Position numbers and translations under genes: made by a program
Shown: one piece after another, positions 44,701-53,528 of the stretch
How the letters are laid out: every line of letters starts with the position of its first letter
Position numbering within the stretch: position 1 is the stretch's first letter
The notes under the pieces: model-generated
What the model was told of the DNA's origin: nothing
Database searches by the model: none
Seen by the model: only the letters and a program-made list of their open reading frames with translations
Origin: Coriobacteriia bacterium
Lineage (GTDB): Bacteria > Actinomycetota > Coriobacteriia > Anaerosomatales > Anaerosomataceae
NCBI GenBank assembly: GCA_016938135.1
Contig: JAFGVD010000019.1
Span: 9,831 to 73,830 of the forward strand
DNA length: 64,000 bases
Direction: 5' to 3'

Positions 44701-46570
44701 CCGGTTCGTAGTAGAAGAGCACGGTCCCGTACTCTACGGGCTTCGCGTTCTCGACTGCGACCTCGCGGATGATGCCGTTCTCCTCGGCAGTGATCTCATT
44801 CATCAACTTCATCGCCTCAAGGATGCACAGTGGCTGGCCCTCTTCAACGACGTCTCCCACTTTCACAAACGGGTCGGCACCGGGAGCGCCTGCTCGATAG
44901 AACGTACCCACCATGGGGGCGACTACCGCCTTCCAGCTCGTGGGACGTGCGGCTCCGGCACCCGCATCGACGTCCTGAGGAGACTCGGGGCTCACCGGCA
45001 TGGGCGAAGCCGCGGCCGCAGGAGCAGCCACGGGAGCGACCGGAGCGGGAGCGGCAGCCGCGCCGCCTCTGCGAACAACGACTCGCGAGTCACCCTCTTC
45101 GATCACTACTTCACTGACATCCGAGGTCTCTACGAGCTTGATAAGCTCGTGAATCTGGTTCATGTCCATGGAATCCGTCTCCTCCATCACTGTATTGACC
45201 TCTTCGCCCATCATGAAGACCGCCTTCTCGGCGCCTTCCTGATGGGTCTGAAGATACGCACGAGCCTCGTTGGGGAAGAGGGCGTACATCAAAACGTCCT
45301 CTTCGGAATGAGCCAGATCACCAATCTCCTCGGCCATCTGCTCGTATGTGGTAGTGACCAGCGCACCGGGTCGGACATCCGGACTCAGCGGTGACTCGGA
45401 GCCGAGGACCTTTGCAACGATCCGTTCGTCCATGGGTCCCGGAGCCTTGCCATAGCTGCCCTTGATGTAGTCCTTCATCTCTTGCGGTATGACCGCCCAA
45501 CGCTTGCCTGTGAGCACGTTGATCACGGACTGCGTGCCTACGATCTGCGACATAGGCGTGACCAGAGGCGGATACCCGACCTCAGCACGCACCCGGGGGA
45601 TCTCCTTCAAGACGTCAGGCATGCGGTCGGTGGCCTTTTGAAGCTCAAGCTGGCTCGCCAGGTTGGAAAGCATGCCGCCCGGGACCTGATGACTGAAGAC
45701 TTCCATGTGCATAAGGGAGGTCACGCCGCGCTTGAGCTTCTTGCGCTCACGGACGGCCTCCCAGTACTCAGCAATCTCGAACAGCAGGTCTATATCAAGA
45801 CCGCTGTCATACGGGCTCTCTTTCAGCGCGGCCACGATCATCTCGACGGCCGGCTGGCTGTTGCCAAAAGCGAGCGCAACAACGGCGGTGTCGATGATGT
45901 CTGCACCGGCCTCCGCCGCTTTGAGGTAGTTCATTGGCGCCATACCACCGATGTAGTGGCAGTGCACGTGTACAGGAAGCCCGATCTCCGACTTCAGGGA
46001 CCGGACCAGCTTCTCCGTACGGAACGGCGTGAGCATGCCCGCCATGTCTTTGACACAGATGGTGTCCGCGCCCATGTCCTTGAGCTCCTGCGCGAACTCC
46101 AGGTAGCTGTCCAGCGTATGGACCGGACTGACCGTGTAGCTGATAGCACCCTCGAAGTGCCCGCCGCACTCCTTGATGGCCTCGGCAGAGACCTCAAGGT
46201 TCCTGCGGTCGTTCAACGCGTCGAAGACGCGGAACACGTCGATGCCGTTGCGCTTGGATGCATGGACGAAACGCCGAACGATATCGTCACTGTAGTGACG
46301 ATATCCTACCAGGTTCTGACCGCGAAGCAGCATCTGCAACGGCGTCTTGGGCGTGTGGCGCTTGATAATCCGCAACCGGTCCCACGGGTTCTCGTCCAAG
46401 AAACGGAGTGCAGCGTCAAACGTCGCGCCACCCCAGACTTCCAGCGACCAGTATCCCACCGAGTCCATCTTCGGCAAGATCGGCAGCATGTCTGCCATCT
46501 GCATGCGCGTCGCCCACAAGGACTGGTGCGCGTCGCGCAGTGTGGTGTCGGTTATATGAATCGGTCGCAT
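44693..46570 (-). CDS. 5S-type carboxyltransferase fused to a biotin carboxyl carrier domain (pyruvate carboxylase subunit B / oxaloacetate decarboxylase alpha type)
   Basis: 625 aa. N-terminus IHITDTTLRDAHQSLWATRM (HMGL-like TIM barrel). Ala/Pro linker AAAAPAPVAPVAAPAAAA. C-terminal biotinylation motif CILEAMKLMNEI. Overlaps the biotin carboxylase start by 8 nt. Confidence 0.88.
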   Translation of the reverse strand: MRPIHITDTTLRDAHQSLWATRMQMADMLPILPKMDSVGYWSLEVWGGATFDAALRFLDENPWDRLRIIKRHTPKTPLQMLLRGQNLVGYRHYSDDIVRRFVHASKRNGIDVFRVFDALNDRRNLEVSAEAIKECGGHFEGAISYTVSPVHTLDSYLEFAQELKDMGADTICVKDMAGMLTPFRTEKLVRSLKSEIGLPVHVHCHYIGGMAPMNYLKAAEAGADIIDTAVVALAFGNSQPAVEMIVAALKESPYDSGLDIDLLFEIAEYWEAVRERKKLKRGVTSLMHMEVFSHQVPGGMLSNLASQLELQKATDRMPDVLKEIPRVRAEVGYPPLVTPMSQIVGTQSVINVLTGKRWAVIPQEMKDYIKGSYGKAPGPMDERIVAKVLGSESPLSPDVRPGALVTTTYEQMAEEIGDLAHSEEDVLMYALFPNEARAYLQTHQEGAEKAVFMMGEEVNTVMEETDSMDMNQIHELIKLVETSDVSEVVIEEGDSRVVVRRGGAAAAPAPVAPVAAPAAAASPMPVSPESPQDVDAGAGAARPTSWKAVVAPMVGTFYRAGAPGADPFVKVGDVVEEGQPLCILEAMKLMNEITAEENGIIREVAVENAKPVEYGTVLFYYEPGV

Positions 46571-46652
46571 GGCACCATTCCCTTATCGGGCGACTACGTC
46601 TTGAGGAGGCCGAGACGACAGCCTCGTTGTGTTCGAGACAGTATACAGAAGG

Positions 46653-47213
46653 CTACACGCGGGTGATATACCGCGCGTCTCGCGTATCGACCCTGATCAC
46701 TTCGCCTGTGTTCACGAACATAGGGACCTGGACGACAGCTCCGGTCTCCAGCGTGGCCGGTTTAGAGCCACCCTGTACCGTGTCGCCTTTGAAGCCCGGC
46801 TCTGTCTCGGTCACCTCCAGCTCGACGAACATAGGGGGCTCGACGCCGATCAGTTCATCCCCCGCATAGAGCAGTTGCGATATGTCGTTCTCCTTAAGCC
46901 ACACGGCAACGTCGCCGACGATCTCCTTCGCCAACTCGACCTGCTCATAGGTGTCCGTGTTCATGAAGTGGAACATATCCCCATCGTTGTAGAGGTACTG
47001 CATGGACTTCGTCTCCATGCGGATATCTTCGAGCTTCTCCCCTGCACGGAACGTGATATCGACCACACGACCGCTCTTGACGTCTTTGAGCTTGGTGCGC
47101 ACGAATGCGCCGCCTTTACCCGGCTTCACGTGCTGGAAGTCCACCACGGTCCACAGCTTGTCGTCGTACAGAATGCACATACCGTTCTTGAGGTTGTTGG
47201 TAGAAACAGCCAT
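46653..47213 (-). CDS. efp: Translation elongation factor P
   Basis: 186 aa. FQHVKPGKGGAFVRTKLKDVKSG. Confidence 0.96.
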   Translation of the reverse strand: MAVSTNNLKNGMCILYDDKLWTVVDFQHVKPGKGGAFVRTKLKDVKSGRVVDITFRAGEKLEDIRMETKSMQYLYNDGDMFHFMNTDTYEQVELAKEIVGDVAVWLKENDISQLLYAGDELIGVEPPMFVELEVTETEPGFKGDTVQGGSKPATLETGAVVQVPMFVNTGEVIRVDTRDARYITRV

Positions 47214-47225
47214 TGTTCGACCTTC

Positions 47226-48314
47226 CTAGATCTCGATGAGCGCTTTCGGGGAGTGAGAGAGCAGGCGGCAACCGCCTTCCTCGACCACTACCAAGTCCTC
47301 TATTCTAACACCGCCGAAGCCCTCGACGTAGACGCCGGGCTCAATGGTGACCACAGAGCCCGCCAGCAGTGCGTCGTGGCTCTTGGGACCGACGGTCGGG
47401 CGTTCATGCACATCCAGCCCCACCCCGTGCCCCAGGCCGTGGGTGAAATACTTCACCAATCCGCGGCTTTCAAGCACCGCACGGGCGGTCTCGTGCACTT
47501 CCCGGGCTGGAATGCCCGCCCGGACCGCGGCGATCCCGGCCTCGTTGGCCGCAAGCACAGCTTCATACATCTCACGATGACGATCGGTCGCCGGGCCTAT
47601 CACAAGAGTCCGCGTCATATCGGAGCAGTAGCCGTTCACTCGCGCACCAAAATCCATCTTGAGAAACTCACCGGCCTGCACAGGGCGATCCGTCACACCG
47701 GCGTGCGGGTGAGCGGAGTTGGGCCCACCGGCCACGATGAAGTCGAACGCGACGCCGTCAGACCCGTTGCGCCGGGCGAAGAACTCGAGCTCCAGTGCGA
47801 CCTCGCGTTCCGTCCGTCCCGGCCGCACGAAGCCCAAGACGTGCTCAAACGCACGATCGGTCAGTGCGGCGGCCCGGGCGATGCAGTCGAGCTCATCATC
47901 GGTCTTGACCTGGCGGATCTCCTCAAGCCAACCGTCGATGACCTTCACGCTGCCGAAGAACTGTTCCGAGATGAACTGGAATCGACCGTATGGCACGGAC
48001 GACTCGACCGCCAGTACGCCGATCCCCATCGCCTTGAGGTCTTCGCACAGCTCAACGTAGAGGGATTCCTTCTGGACATGGAGCTCCCACGACGTTCCGA
48101 CCGCAGCCGTCTTGGATGCTTCGCTGTACCTGCGATCGGTGTAGAACCAGGCCTTGTCCTGGGTGACCAGGCACGCAGCATTGATTCCACTGTCGATCAC
48201 GCCCTCGAACCCGGTGAGATAGCGCAGATTCGATACGCTCGAGACAACGATCGCGGGCACATCCTCCGCGACAAGACGGCGCCGCAGCGCCTCCAGTCGG
48301 TGTTCGGCCATCAT
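47226..48314 (-). CDS. M24-family Xaa-Pro aminopeptidase/dipeptidase
   Basis: 362 aa. Metal-ligand context [32 protein letters not shown] and VVTIEPGVY. Position aroQ-pepP-efp as in Bacillus (yqhT) and Mycobacterium (pepQ). Confidence 0.9.
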   Translation of the reverse strand: MMAEHRLEALRRRLVAEDVPAIVVSSVSNLRYLTGFEGVIDSGINAACLVTQDKAWFYTDRRYSEASKTAAVGTSWELHVQKESLYVELCEDLKAMGIGVLAVESSVPYGRFQFISEQFFGSVKVIDGWLEEIRQVKTDDELDCIARAAALTDRAFEHVLGFVRPGRTEREVALELEFFARRNGSDGVAFDFIVAGGPNSAHPHAGVTDRPVQAGEFLKMDFGARVNGYCSDMTRTLVIGPATDRHREMYEAVLAANEAGIAAVRAGIPAREVHETARAVLESRGLVKYFTHGLGHGVGLDVHERPTVGPKSHDALLAGSVVTIEPGVYVEGFGGVRIEDLVVVEEGGCRLLSHSPKALIEI

Positions 48315-48757
48315 CGGGCTTCACCGGCCAAATAGTCAGCCAGCGCATGAAGGCCCCGGATGTATGAGTCCGCACCGAAGCCGGAGATCTGACCGACGCA
48401 CACCGGTGCGACAACGCTGACCGCTCGGAAGTCCTCACGGCTCGCGATATTGCTCAGGTGGACCTCTACCGCAGGAATCCCCACTCCGGCGATCGCGTCA
48501 CGCAACGCGTAGGAATAGTGCGTCAGGGCACCGGGGTTGATGACGATACCGTCCTCATCATTGCGCGCAGCATGGATGCGATCGATAAGGGCACCTTCGT
48601 GGTTGGATTGAAAGAAGGAGACGCTGACCCCAAGCTCGTCGGCGTGCCGGATGACCGCAGCTTCTATATCGTCAAGCGTCTGCGACCCGTACACGTCGGG
48701 CTCCCGGGTGCCCAACAGGTTCAGATTGGGCCCGTTCATCACCAGAATACGCTTCAC
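48311..48757 (-). CDS. aroQ: Type II 3-dehydroquinate dehydratase
   Basis: (V)[26 protein letters not shown] 48757 lies 6 nt after AAGGAGG and shares GTGA with the aroK-aroB stop. The ORF-track N-terminal 12 aa were trimmed. Confidence 0.93.
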   Translation of the reverse strand: MKRILVMNGPNLNLLGTREPDVYGSQTLDDIEAAVIRHADELGVSVSFFQSNHEGALIDRIHAARNDEDGIVINPGALTHYSYALRDAIAGVGIPAVEVHLSNIASREDFRAVSVVAPVCVGQISGFGADSYIRGLHALADYLAGEAR

Positions 48758-50364
48758 GCGATACCTCCTTCTTGAAACCCCGTACGCCACCACTCGATGA
48801 CCTCATCGAGTACCTTGTCGTCTACCGGACAGACGGTCCAATCGCCGGGACTGCGCACAAGAACGAAACGGATGACCGAGTCCCGGTTCTTCTTGTCGGC
48901 AAGCATCGCCGTTTTCAGATCGGCGGCCGTGAACTCATGGGTGACCCGGGGTATACCGAACGAGCCCAACAGCGTGCCGATACGTCGTCCCGTCTGGATC
49001 GGTGCATCCAAGACCACCTCTGCCAGCCTGGAAGCGAAGCGCATACCCTCGGCCACTGCAACGCCATGGGGGATCGTCCCGTAGCCGGCCAGGTTCTCGA
49101 TAGCATGTCCCAGTGTGTGCCCGAAGTTGAGACACTCTCGCCTTCCGGCCTCACGTTCGTCGTCACTCACAACGTCGGCTTTGAAGCGCACACAGGCGTG
49201 GACCATATCCACCACAGCGTGTTCATCACGCAAGAGGATGCGCGACGCATCCCGCTCGAGTCTTGCCACCTCTTCTTGCCCTTGCAGGAAGACAGTCTTG
49301 ACCACTTCCACGATCCCGTTGAGCCACTCGGCCTCCGGCAAGGACTGAAGCACAGACGGATCGGTGATGACCGCCGAGGGCTGCCAAAACGCCCCCGCCA
49401 GGTTCTTGCCTGCGGTCAGATCCACGCCGGTCTTCCCGCCGACGGAGCTGTCCACCTGTGCGAGCAGCGTCGTTGGCACATGCACAAGCGGTATCCCTCG
49501 CATGAACGATGCTGCACAGAAGCCCGCCAGGTCACCCACTACTCCCCCGCCTAGAGCGACGACGGCGCTACTGCGGTCAAGGCCAGCCTCGGCAAAAGCG
49601 TCCAGCACTCGCCCCGCCTGCTCCCATGACTTGCTACGCTCTCCCGCCTCAACGACGACTCTTTGCGCTGCGATCCCCGCCGTCGTGAGCGAGTTAATGA
49701 CATCATCGCCGAACAGCGCATCCACGCTGGAGTCGGTGACAAGCGCGACCCGTTTTGCGGAGGTTCTCTCGGCGACAAGATCACCGACGGAGTCCAGGAC
49801 ACCCACACCGATGGTCACCGTGTAGCCGGCTCCCGCGCGGACATCGATCTCGCTGACCGGCAACCCTGCAACGATAGGGACTATCTCCGCGACCACTTCC
49901 GCCGGGGTCCTGCCCGAGGTGTCGATCACATGATGTGCAGACGTACGATACAGCGATAGGCGAGCATCGAGGATGCTTCGCGCCATCCGTGCCGAATCAA
50001 CCGACAGAAGAGGCCTACCGGAACCATCACCGATCCGTGCGATTGCCTCCTCCGCGGTGACGGCCAGATAGACGACCTCGCCGCAACTGCGCATGAGCGC
50101 GCGGTTCGCGTCTCGCAGCACCACTCCGCCGCCGCATGCGACCACAGCGTCAGGCATCTCACAAGCGCCACGCAGCTCACGTGCTTCGGCTTCGCGAAAA
50201 GCATCTTCACCCGCTGAGGCGAAGATCTCAGGAATCGACTGCCCGACGCTTCTTTCGATCTCGGCATCCAGATCGATGAAGGGAAGATCGAGTGCTCCGG
50301 CAAGGAGTACCCCTGCCGTGGACTTTCCGGCACCCATGAAGCCGATCAGGAAGATACGGCTCAC
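48754..50364 (-). CDS. Bifunctional shikimate kinase / 3-dehydroquinate synthase (AroK-AroB fusion)
   Basis: 536 aa in one frame. N-terminal [13 protein letters not shown] (shikimate kinase P-loop). From about residue 170 there is an AroB body ([32 protein letters not shown]). Confidence 0.9.
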   Translation of the reverse strand: MSRIFLIGFMGAGKSTAGVLLAGALDLPFIDLDAEIERSVGQSIPEIFASAGEDAFREAEARELRGACEMPDAVVACGGGVVLRDANRALMRSCGEVVYLAVTAEEAIARIGDGSGRPLLSVDSARMARSILDARLSLYRTSAHHVIDTSGRTPAEVVAEIVPIVAGLPVSEIDVRAGAGYTVTIGVGVLDSVGDLVAERTSAKRVALVTDSSVDALFGDDVINSLTTAGIAAQRVVVEAGERSKSWEQAGRVLDAFAEAGLDRSSAVVALGGGVVGDLAGFCAASFMRGIPLVHVPTTLLAQVDSSVGGKTGVDLTAGKNLAGAFWQPSAVITDPSVLQSLPEAEWLNGIVEVVKTVFLQGQEEVARLERDASRILLRDEHAVVDMVHACVRFKADVVSDDEREAGRRECLNFGHTLGHAIENLAGYGTIPHGVAVAEGMRFASRLAEVVLDAPIQTGRRIGTLLGSFGIPRVTHEFTAADLKTAMLADKKNRDSVIRFVLVRSPGDWTVCPVDDKVLDEVIEWWRTGFQEGGIA

Positions 50365-51509
50365 CGGGCGATCCTCTCACGGTAGGCATTCAGCGAGGCT
50401 CGTATATCCTCGACGCAATCATGCCCGAACTTGTCCATATACGCCGCCGCGAGCACAAGCGCGACCTCGGCTTCCGCCACGACCGCCGCCGCAGGTACGG
50501 CGCACACGTCGGAACGCTCGCGCGAGGCGTCAATAGGCTGGAGTGTGTCGATGTCAACGCTTGCAAGCGGCTTCATCAGCGTGGGAATGGGCTTCATCGC
50601 GACACGGGCCACCAGAGTCTGACCGTTTGTCATCCCACCCTCGAGTCCTCCCGCATGGTTGCTCTCGCGCGTGATACCTGCACCAGGCACGTAGATGATG
50701 GGGTCGTGGACCTGCGAGCCAACCCGGGCCGCAGACGCAAAGCCGTCGCCGAACTCCACTCCCTTGATCGCAGGAATGGACAGCAGCGCGCCGCCAAGGC
50801 GTGCATCCAACCGTTGTGAGGCTTCCGCGTAACCGCCTACACCGGGAACGAGTCCCGTCACGCGCACGACGAAGACGCCGCCGAGACTCTCGCCGGCCGA
50901 AGCCGCCGCGTCAATCGCCGCACGCATCGATTGTGCAGCAACAGAATCAGGACACCGCACATCGCTCGCCTCGGCAGCTGCGATGTCAACCGTCTCCGGA
51001 TCGATGACGCAGTCAACGGAGCCGATACGCTCCACATACGACTCCACCTTGACTCCGACCTCGGCCAAGAGTGCTTTTGCTACCGCGCCGGCTGCAACCC
51101 GGGACGCCGTCTCCCGTGCGCTCGCCCGCTCGAGTATGTCTCGGACATCATCAGTGTTCGTCTTCTGGGAGCCCGCGAGATCGGCATGCCCGGGACGCGG
51201 TGCGGTGACCCTTGGCGAGCCGTCAGGTCTGGGCCCGTTTACCGCCATGACGTCCAGCCAGTTGTCCCAGTCCTTGTTCGAGATGCTCAAAGCGACTGGA
51301 CTACCGATGGTCTTGCCGAATCGGACTCCGGAGACGATCAAGGCACGATCGCTCTCGATACGCATCCGTCCGCCTCGCCCGTAGCCCACCTGACGACGAG
51401 CGAGGTCCTTGTCGATCAGTGAACCGTCAATGCTCACACCGGCAGGGACGCTGGACACGACGGTCACGAGCGCTTTGCCATGGGACTCACCAGCGGTCAC
51501 GTAGTGCAT
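50361..51509 (-). CDS. aroC: Chorismate synthase
   Basis: MHYVTAGESHGKALV start at ATG 51509, 4 nt after AGGAGA. The ORF-track 16-aa extension contains the candidate promoter and was trimmed. Confidence 0.93.
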   Translation of the reverse strand: MHYVTAGESHGKALVTVVSSVPAGVSIDGSLIDKDLARRQVGYGRGGRMRIESDRALIVSGVRFGKTIGSPVALSISNKDWDNWLDVMAVNGPRPDGSPRVTAPRPGHADLAGSQKTNTDDVRDILERASARETASRVAAGAVAKALLAEVGVKVESYVERIGSVDCVIDPETVDIAAAEASDVRCPDSVAAQSMRAAIDAAASAGESLGGVFVVRVTGLVPGVGGYAEASQRLDARLGGALLSIPAIKGVEFGDGFASAARVGSQVHDPIIYVPGAGITRESNHAGGLEGGMTNGQTLVARVAMKPIPTLMKPLASVDIDTLQPIDASRERSDVCAVPAAAVVAEAEVALVLAAAYMDKFGHDCVEDIRASLNAYRERIAR

Positions 51510-51540
51510 CAGGTCTCCTGTCTTGACGTCCTGTTTGAAG

Positions 51541-51549
51541 ATTCTATCA
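51541..51549 (-). promoter_or_regulatory. Extended -10 element TGATAGAAT upstream of aroC
   Basis: Minus-strand reading is CCGGATGATAGAATCTTCAAACAGGACGTCAAGACAGGAGACCTGATG. The TGn+TAGAAT element lies 32 nt before the ATG, downstream of the hairpin that closes the pilus operon. Confidence 0.4.
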
Positions 51550-51583
51550 TCCGGCACTCGCCCTGCACTGGTTCAGATATGAC

Positions 51584-51609
51584 ACAAGCGCCGCTTGCGC
51601 GGCGCTTGT
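51584..51609 (-). terminator. Perfect 11-bp hairpin with a 4-nt loop after the last pilus gene (terminator-like, no U-tract)
   Basis: ACAAGCGCCGC-GCAA-GCGGCGCTTGT on the minus strand, 24 nt after the stop at 51633. Flanked by the near-identical direct repeats CATATCAGA and CATATCTGA. Confidence 0.5.
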
Positions 51610-51632
51610 TGAAGTCTGATATGGGTCAACGA

Positions 51633-52262
51633 CTACTTCGTGATGCCTTGCCCAATGACAAGCACGACCTGCGTGTCACCATACATCATGACGACTGAGC
51701 TCTCATTGACAGTCACAACCTGCCACGGAGAGGTACCCACGCGCTCGCCATCGGTGAGAGAATAGGTCACACCGTCAAGAGAGAACGTTGCCACGTACAC
51801 GCCGTCCTGCAGCGTGACGCTGTTCAGGTACAGAGTCCCAGCGGTGGTCGTGTTCGCTGTATCCGTAGTGGTCGTGGCGGTGGTAGTCGTCGTGGCGGTC
51901 TCCGGGATGGCCACAAGCAAAGGCTCGAAGATATCCCGGAATGTGAACACCTCAGCGTTGGCCACTGCCGCAGCTGGAGCAGCAACCTCCGCAGCCTCAC
52001 CCGTCTCAGCAGCAACCGCGGACTCGTCTGGCGTCACCGTGACTTCCATGTCTTCGACAACGGCCGTGCCAAAGACGAACAGTGAAAGCACTATGACAAC
52101 CGCCGCAATGATCGCGAGCACGCCAAGCGCCAGTGCGATTGCAACGAACTTGCCGGTACCCGTAGACAGGAAGGGCTTCTTCTCGGGAATCGCCGCAACC
52201 GGTTGAACCTGAGTATCCGCAGCTGCCATATCAGGAGTGGAGTTGAAATCGCTCATCGTCAT
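51633..52262 (-). CDS. Bitopic pilus-cluster protein, PilP-like (TM, Ala/Glu linker, FRDIFEP motif, Thr-rich linker, C-terminal beta domain)
   Basis: 209 aa. TM FVAIALALGVLAIIAAVVIVLSLFVF. FRDIFEP resembles the RxPF motif of PilP. The C-terminus LNSVTLQDGVYVATFSLDGVTYSLTDGERVGTSPWQVVTVNESSVVMMYG resembles the PilP/GspC-type beta-sandwich pattern. It lies directly after pilO. Start may be ATG 52256 (better SD spacing). Confidence 0.45.
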   Translation of the reverse strand: MTMSDFNSTPDMAAADTQVQPVAAIPEKKPFLSTGTGKFVAIALALGVLAIIAAVVIVLSLFVFGTAVVEDMEVTVTPDESAVAAETGEAAEVAAPAAAVANAEVFTFRDIFEPLLVAIPETATTTTTATTTTDTANTTTAGTLYLNSVTLQDGVYVATFSLDGVTYSLTDGERVGTSPWQVVTVNESSVVMMYGDTQVVLVIGQGITK

Positions 52263-52270
52263 CCCCTCCT

Positions 52271-52858
52271 CTACTGCGCTGCCGGCGCGGTCGCAGTGGA
52301 ACCCATCACGTAGACCTCAAGGGTCATCTGTGCGCTGATGTAGGACGTTGTTAGACCAGCTTCATCCGTCTCTTCGACTCGCTCAAAACTGCCGAGTGTT
52401 GTACGAACGCCACGCGACAGCTTGTCGATCTTGCGTGTGTACTCGATGATATCGGCCCACTCGCCGTGAAGGACCACGACTAGCGATCCTATCTGGTACG
52501 TCCCATCCTCTGATTCCTCAAGCGGGGCGGGAGTGATCTGCACAAAGTCCAACCCCGTGGCGTTGGCTGTATCTTGAAGTTCGATGATGACCGAGGGCAG
52601 CTCCGGTGACTCAGGCAACTGATTGGCGATCTGCATCAATGCCACTTCGTTCTCGGCCGACCGTGCCTTCGCGTCAAGTCTGCGCTGAACGAGCGCTTCC
52701 GCCGTCTGCATCTGTGTATCAGCCGCTGCCATCTCTGTGTCGATATCGGAGGCCTCTTGAAACAACGGCATGATCCCGAATGCAACGACGGCGACCGTCA
52801 CAAGCAAAATCAGGACCCCTGCTATGATCATCTGGTTTGTTGATGAGAGCTTGTTCAT
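52271..52858 (-). CDS. pilO: Type IV pilus alignment protein PilO
   Basis: Start at MNKLSSTNQMIIAGVLILLV (ATG 52858). TM, then a coiled-coil, then a ferredoxin-like C-terminal half. Order pilM-pilN-pilO. Confidence 0.75.
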   Translation of the reverse strand: MNKLSSTNQMIIAGVLILLVTVAVVAFGIMPLFQEASDIDTEMAAADTQMQTAEALVQRRLDAKARSAENEVALMQIANQLPESPELPSVIIELQDTANATGLDFVQITPAPLEESEDGTYQIGSLVVVLHGEWADIIEYTRKIDKLSRGVRTTLGSFERVEETDEAGLTTSYISAQMTLEVYVMGSTATAPAAQ

Positions 52859-52874
52859 GTCTATGTCCCGCCCT

Positions 52875-53528
52875 CTACGGTGTGGTTGCCGTCGGCGTGG
52901 ACGTCTCGGACGTCTCACCGGGCACTGATGTCGTAGTCGCGCCTGCTGACGGTGAGGAAGTAGACGTCAAGACGCGAGCAGTGGAAGAGAACTGAATCGC
53001 GGGCTGATTGGCGTACTCCATCTTGACCGCATTCTCAAGCCACACGTCGTACAGATCATCCAGGTCGGCCAGTCGAACAAGCATCTTGGCAATAGACTTA
53101 TGTCCAAGATCTGGAGAGTCGGTCGCACTATCGACGGCATACCCGTCGATAGTCAGTCCGGTCGCTTCATCCCAGGAGAAGTTCGTGACCCACAAGTCTG
53201 TGGGCATAACCAGTGAGACCTCGTCAAACAGCTTCGCCCAGTTCATCCTGTCGGCCAGAGCTGCGTCCGCGATAACCTGACGCGCCTGGAGATCTTGTTC
53301 CTTATCCTCGAATATCGCCAGCATATCGGCCTTGCTCTGCGTGGCCTGGATCTCTTGGAGCCGCGCATCCAGATCCTGCTGCTTCGCATCAACGCGAACA
53401 AATGCGAAAATCCACACAACCGCGAGCACGATGAACACCAACAGAGCCAGAAGCGCGACGTAGATGATCCTCTTCTCGGCGCGACGCTTCTCGAGTATCT
53501 CGGGAGGAAGCAGGTTGATTCGCATCAT
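52875..53528 (-). CDS. pilN: Type IV pilus alignment protein PilN
   Basis: MMRINLLPPEILEKRR carries the INLLP motif that binds PilM, followed by a TM. ATGA overlap with the pilM stop. Confidence 0.85.
   Translation of the reverse strand: MMRINLLPPEILEKRRAEKRIIYVALLALLVFIVLAVVWIFAFVRVDAKQQDLDARLQEIQATQSKADMLAIFEDKEQDLQARQVIADAALADRMNWAKLFDEVSLVMPTDLWVTNFSWDEATGLTIDGYAVDSATDSPDLGHKSIAKMLVRLADLDDLYDVWLENAVKMEYANQPAIQFSSTARVLTSTSSPSAGATTTSVPGETSETSTPTATTP

Noticed and set aside
46629-48335. Very long antisense ORFs opposite well-supported genes. Examples: 46629..48335 (568 aa, opposite efp and pepP), 35576..36880 (434 aa, opposite steA), 27519..28760 (413 aa, opposite pyrG), 45482..46666 (394 aa), 23525..24652 (375 aa, opposite ald), 7547..8563 (338 aa, opposite mraY/murD), and 32241..33245 (334 aa, opposite murJ).
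   Set aside because: These are typical shadow ORFs of GC-rich DNA, where stop codons are rare in the antisense frame of GNC-rich coding sequence. The products are Arg/His/Asp/Leu-rich without motifs. Several span two genes plus the spacer between them. None has a convincing SD or promoter. I cannot formally exclude translation without Ribo-seq.
51843-51899. Apparent DNA tandem repeat (ACC/ACG/ACT-rich) near 51.85 kb
   Set aside because: It is the in-frame coding sequence of the Thr-run linker of the PilP-like protein, with irregular codon choice. It is not a structured repeat or a CRISPR-like array.
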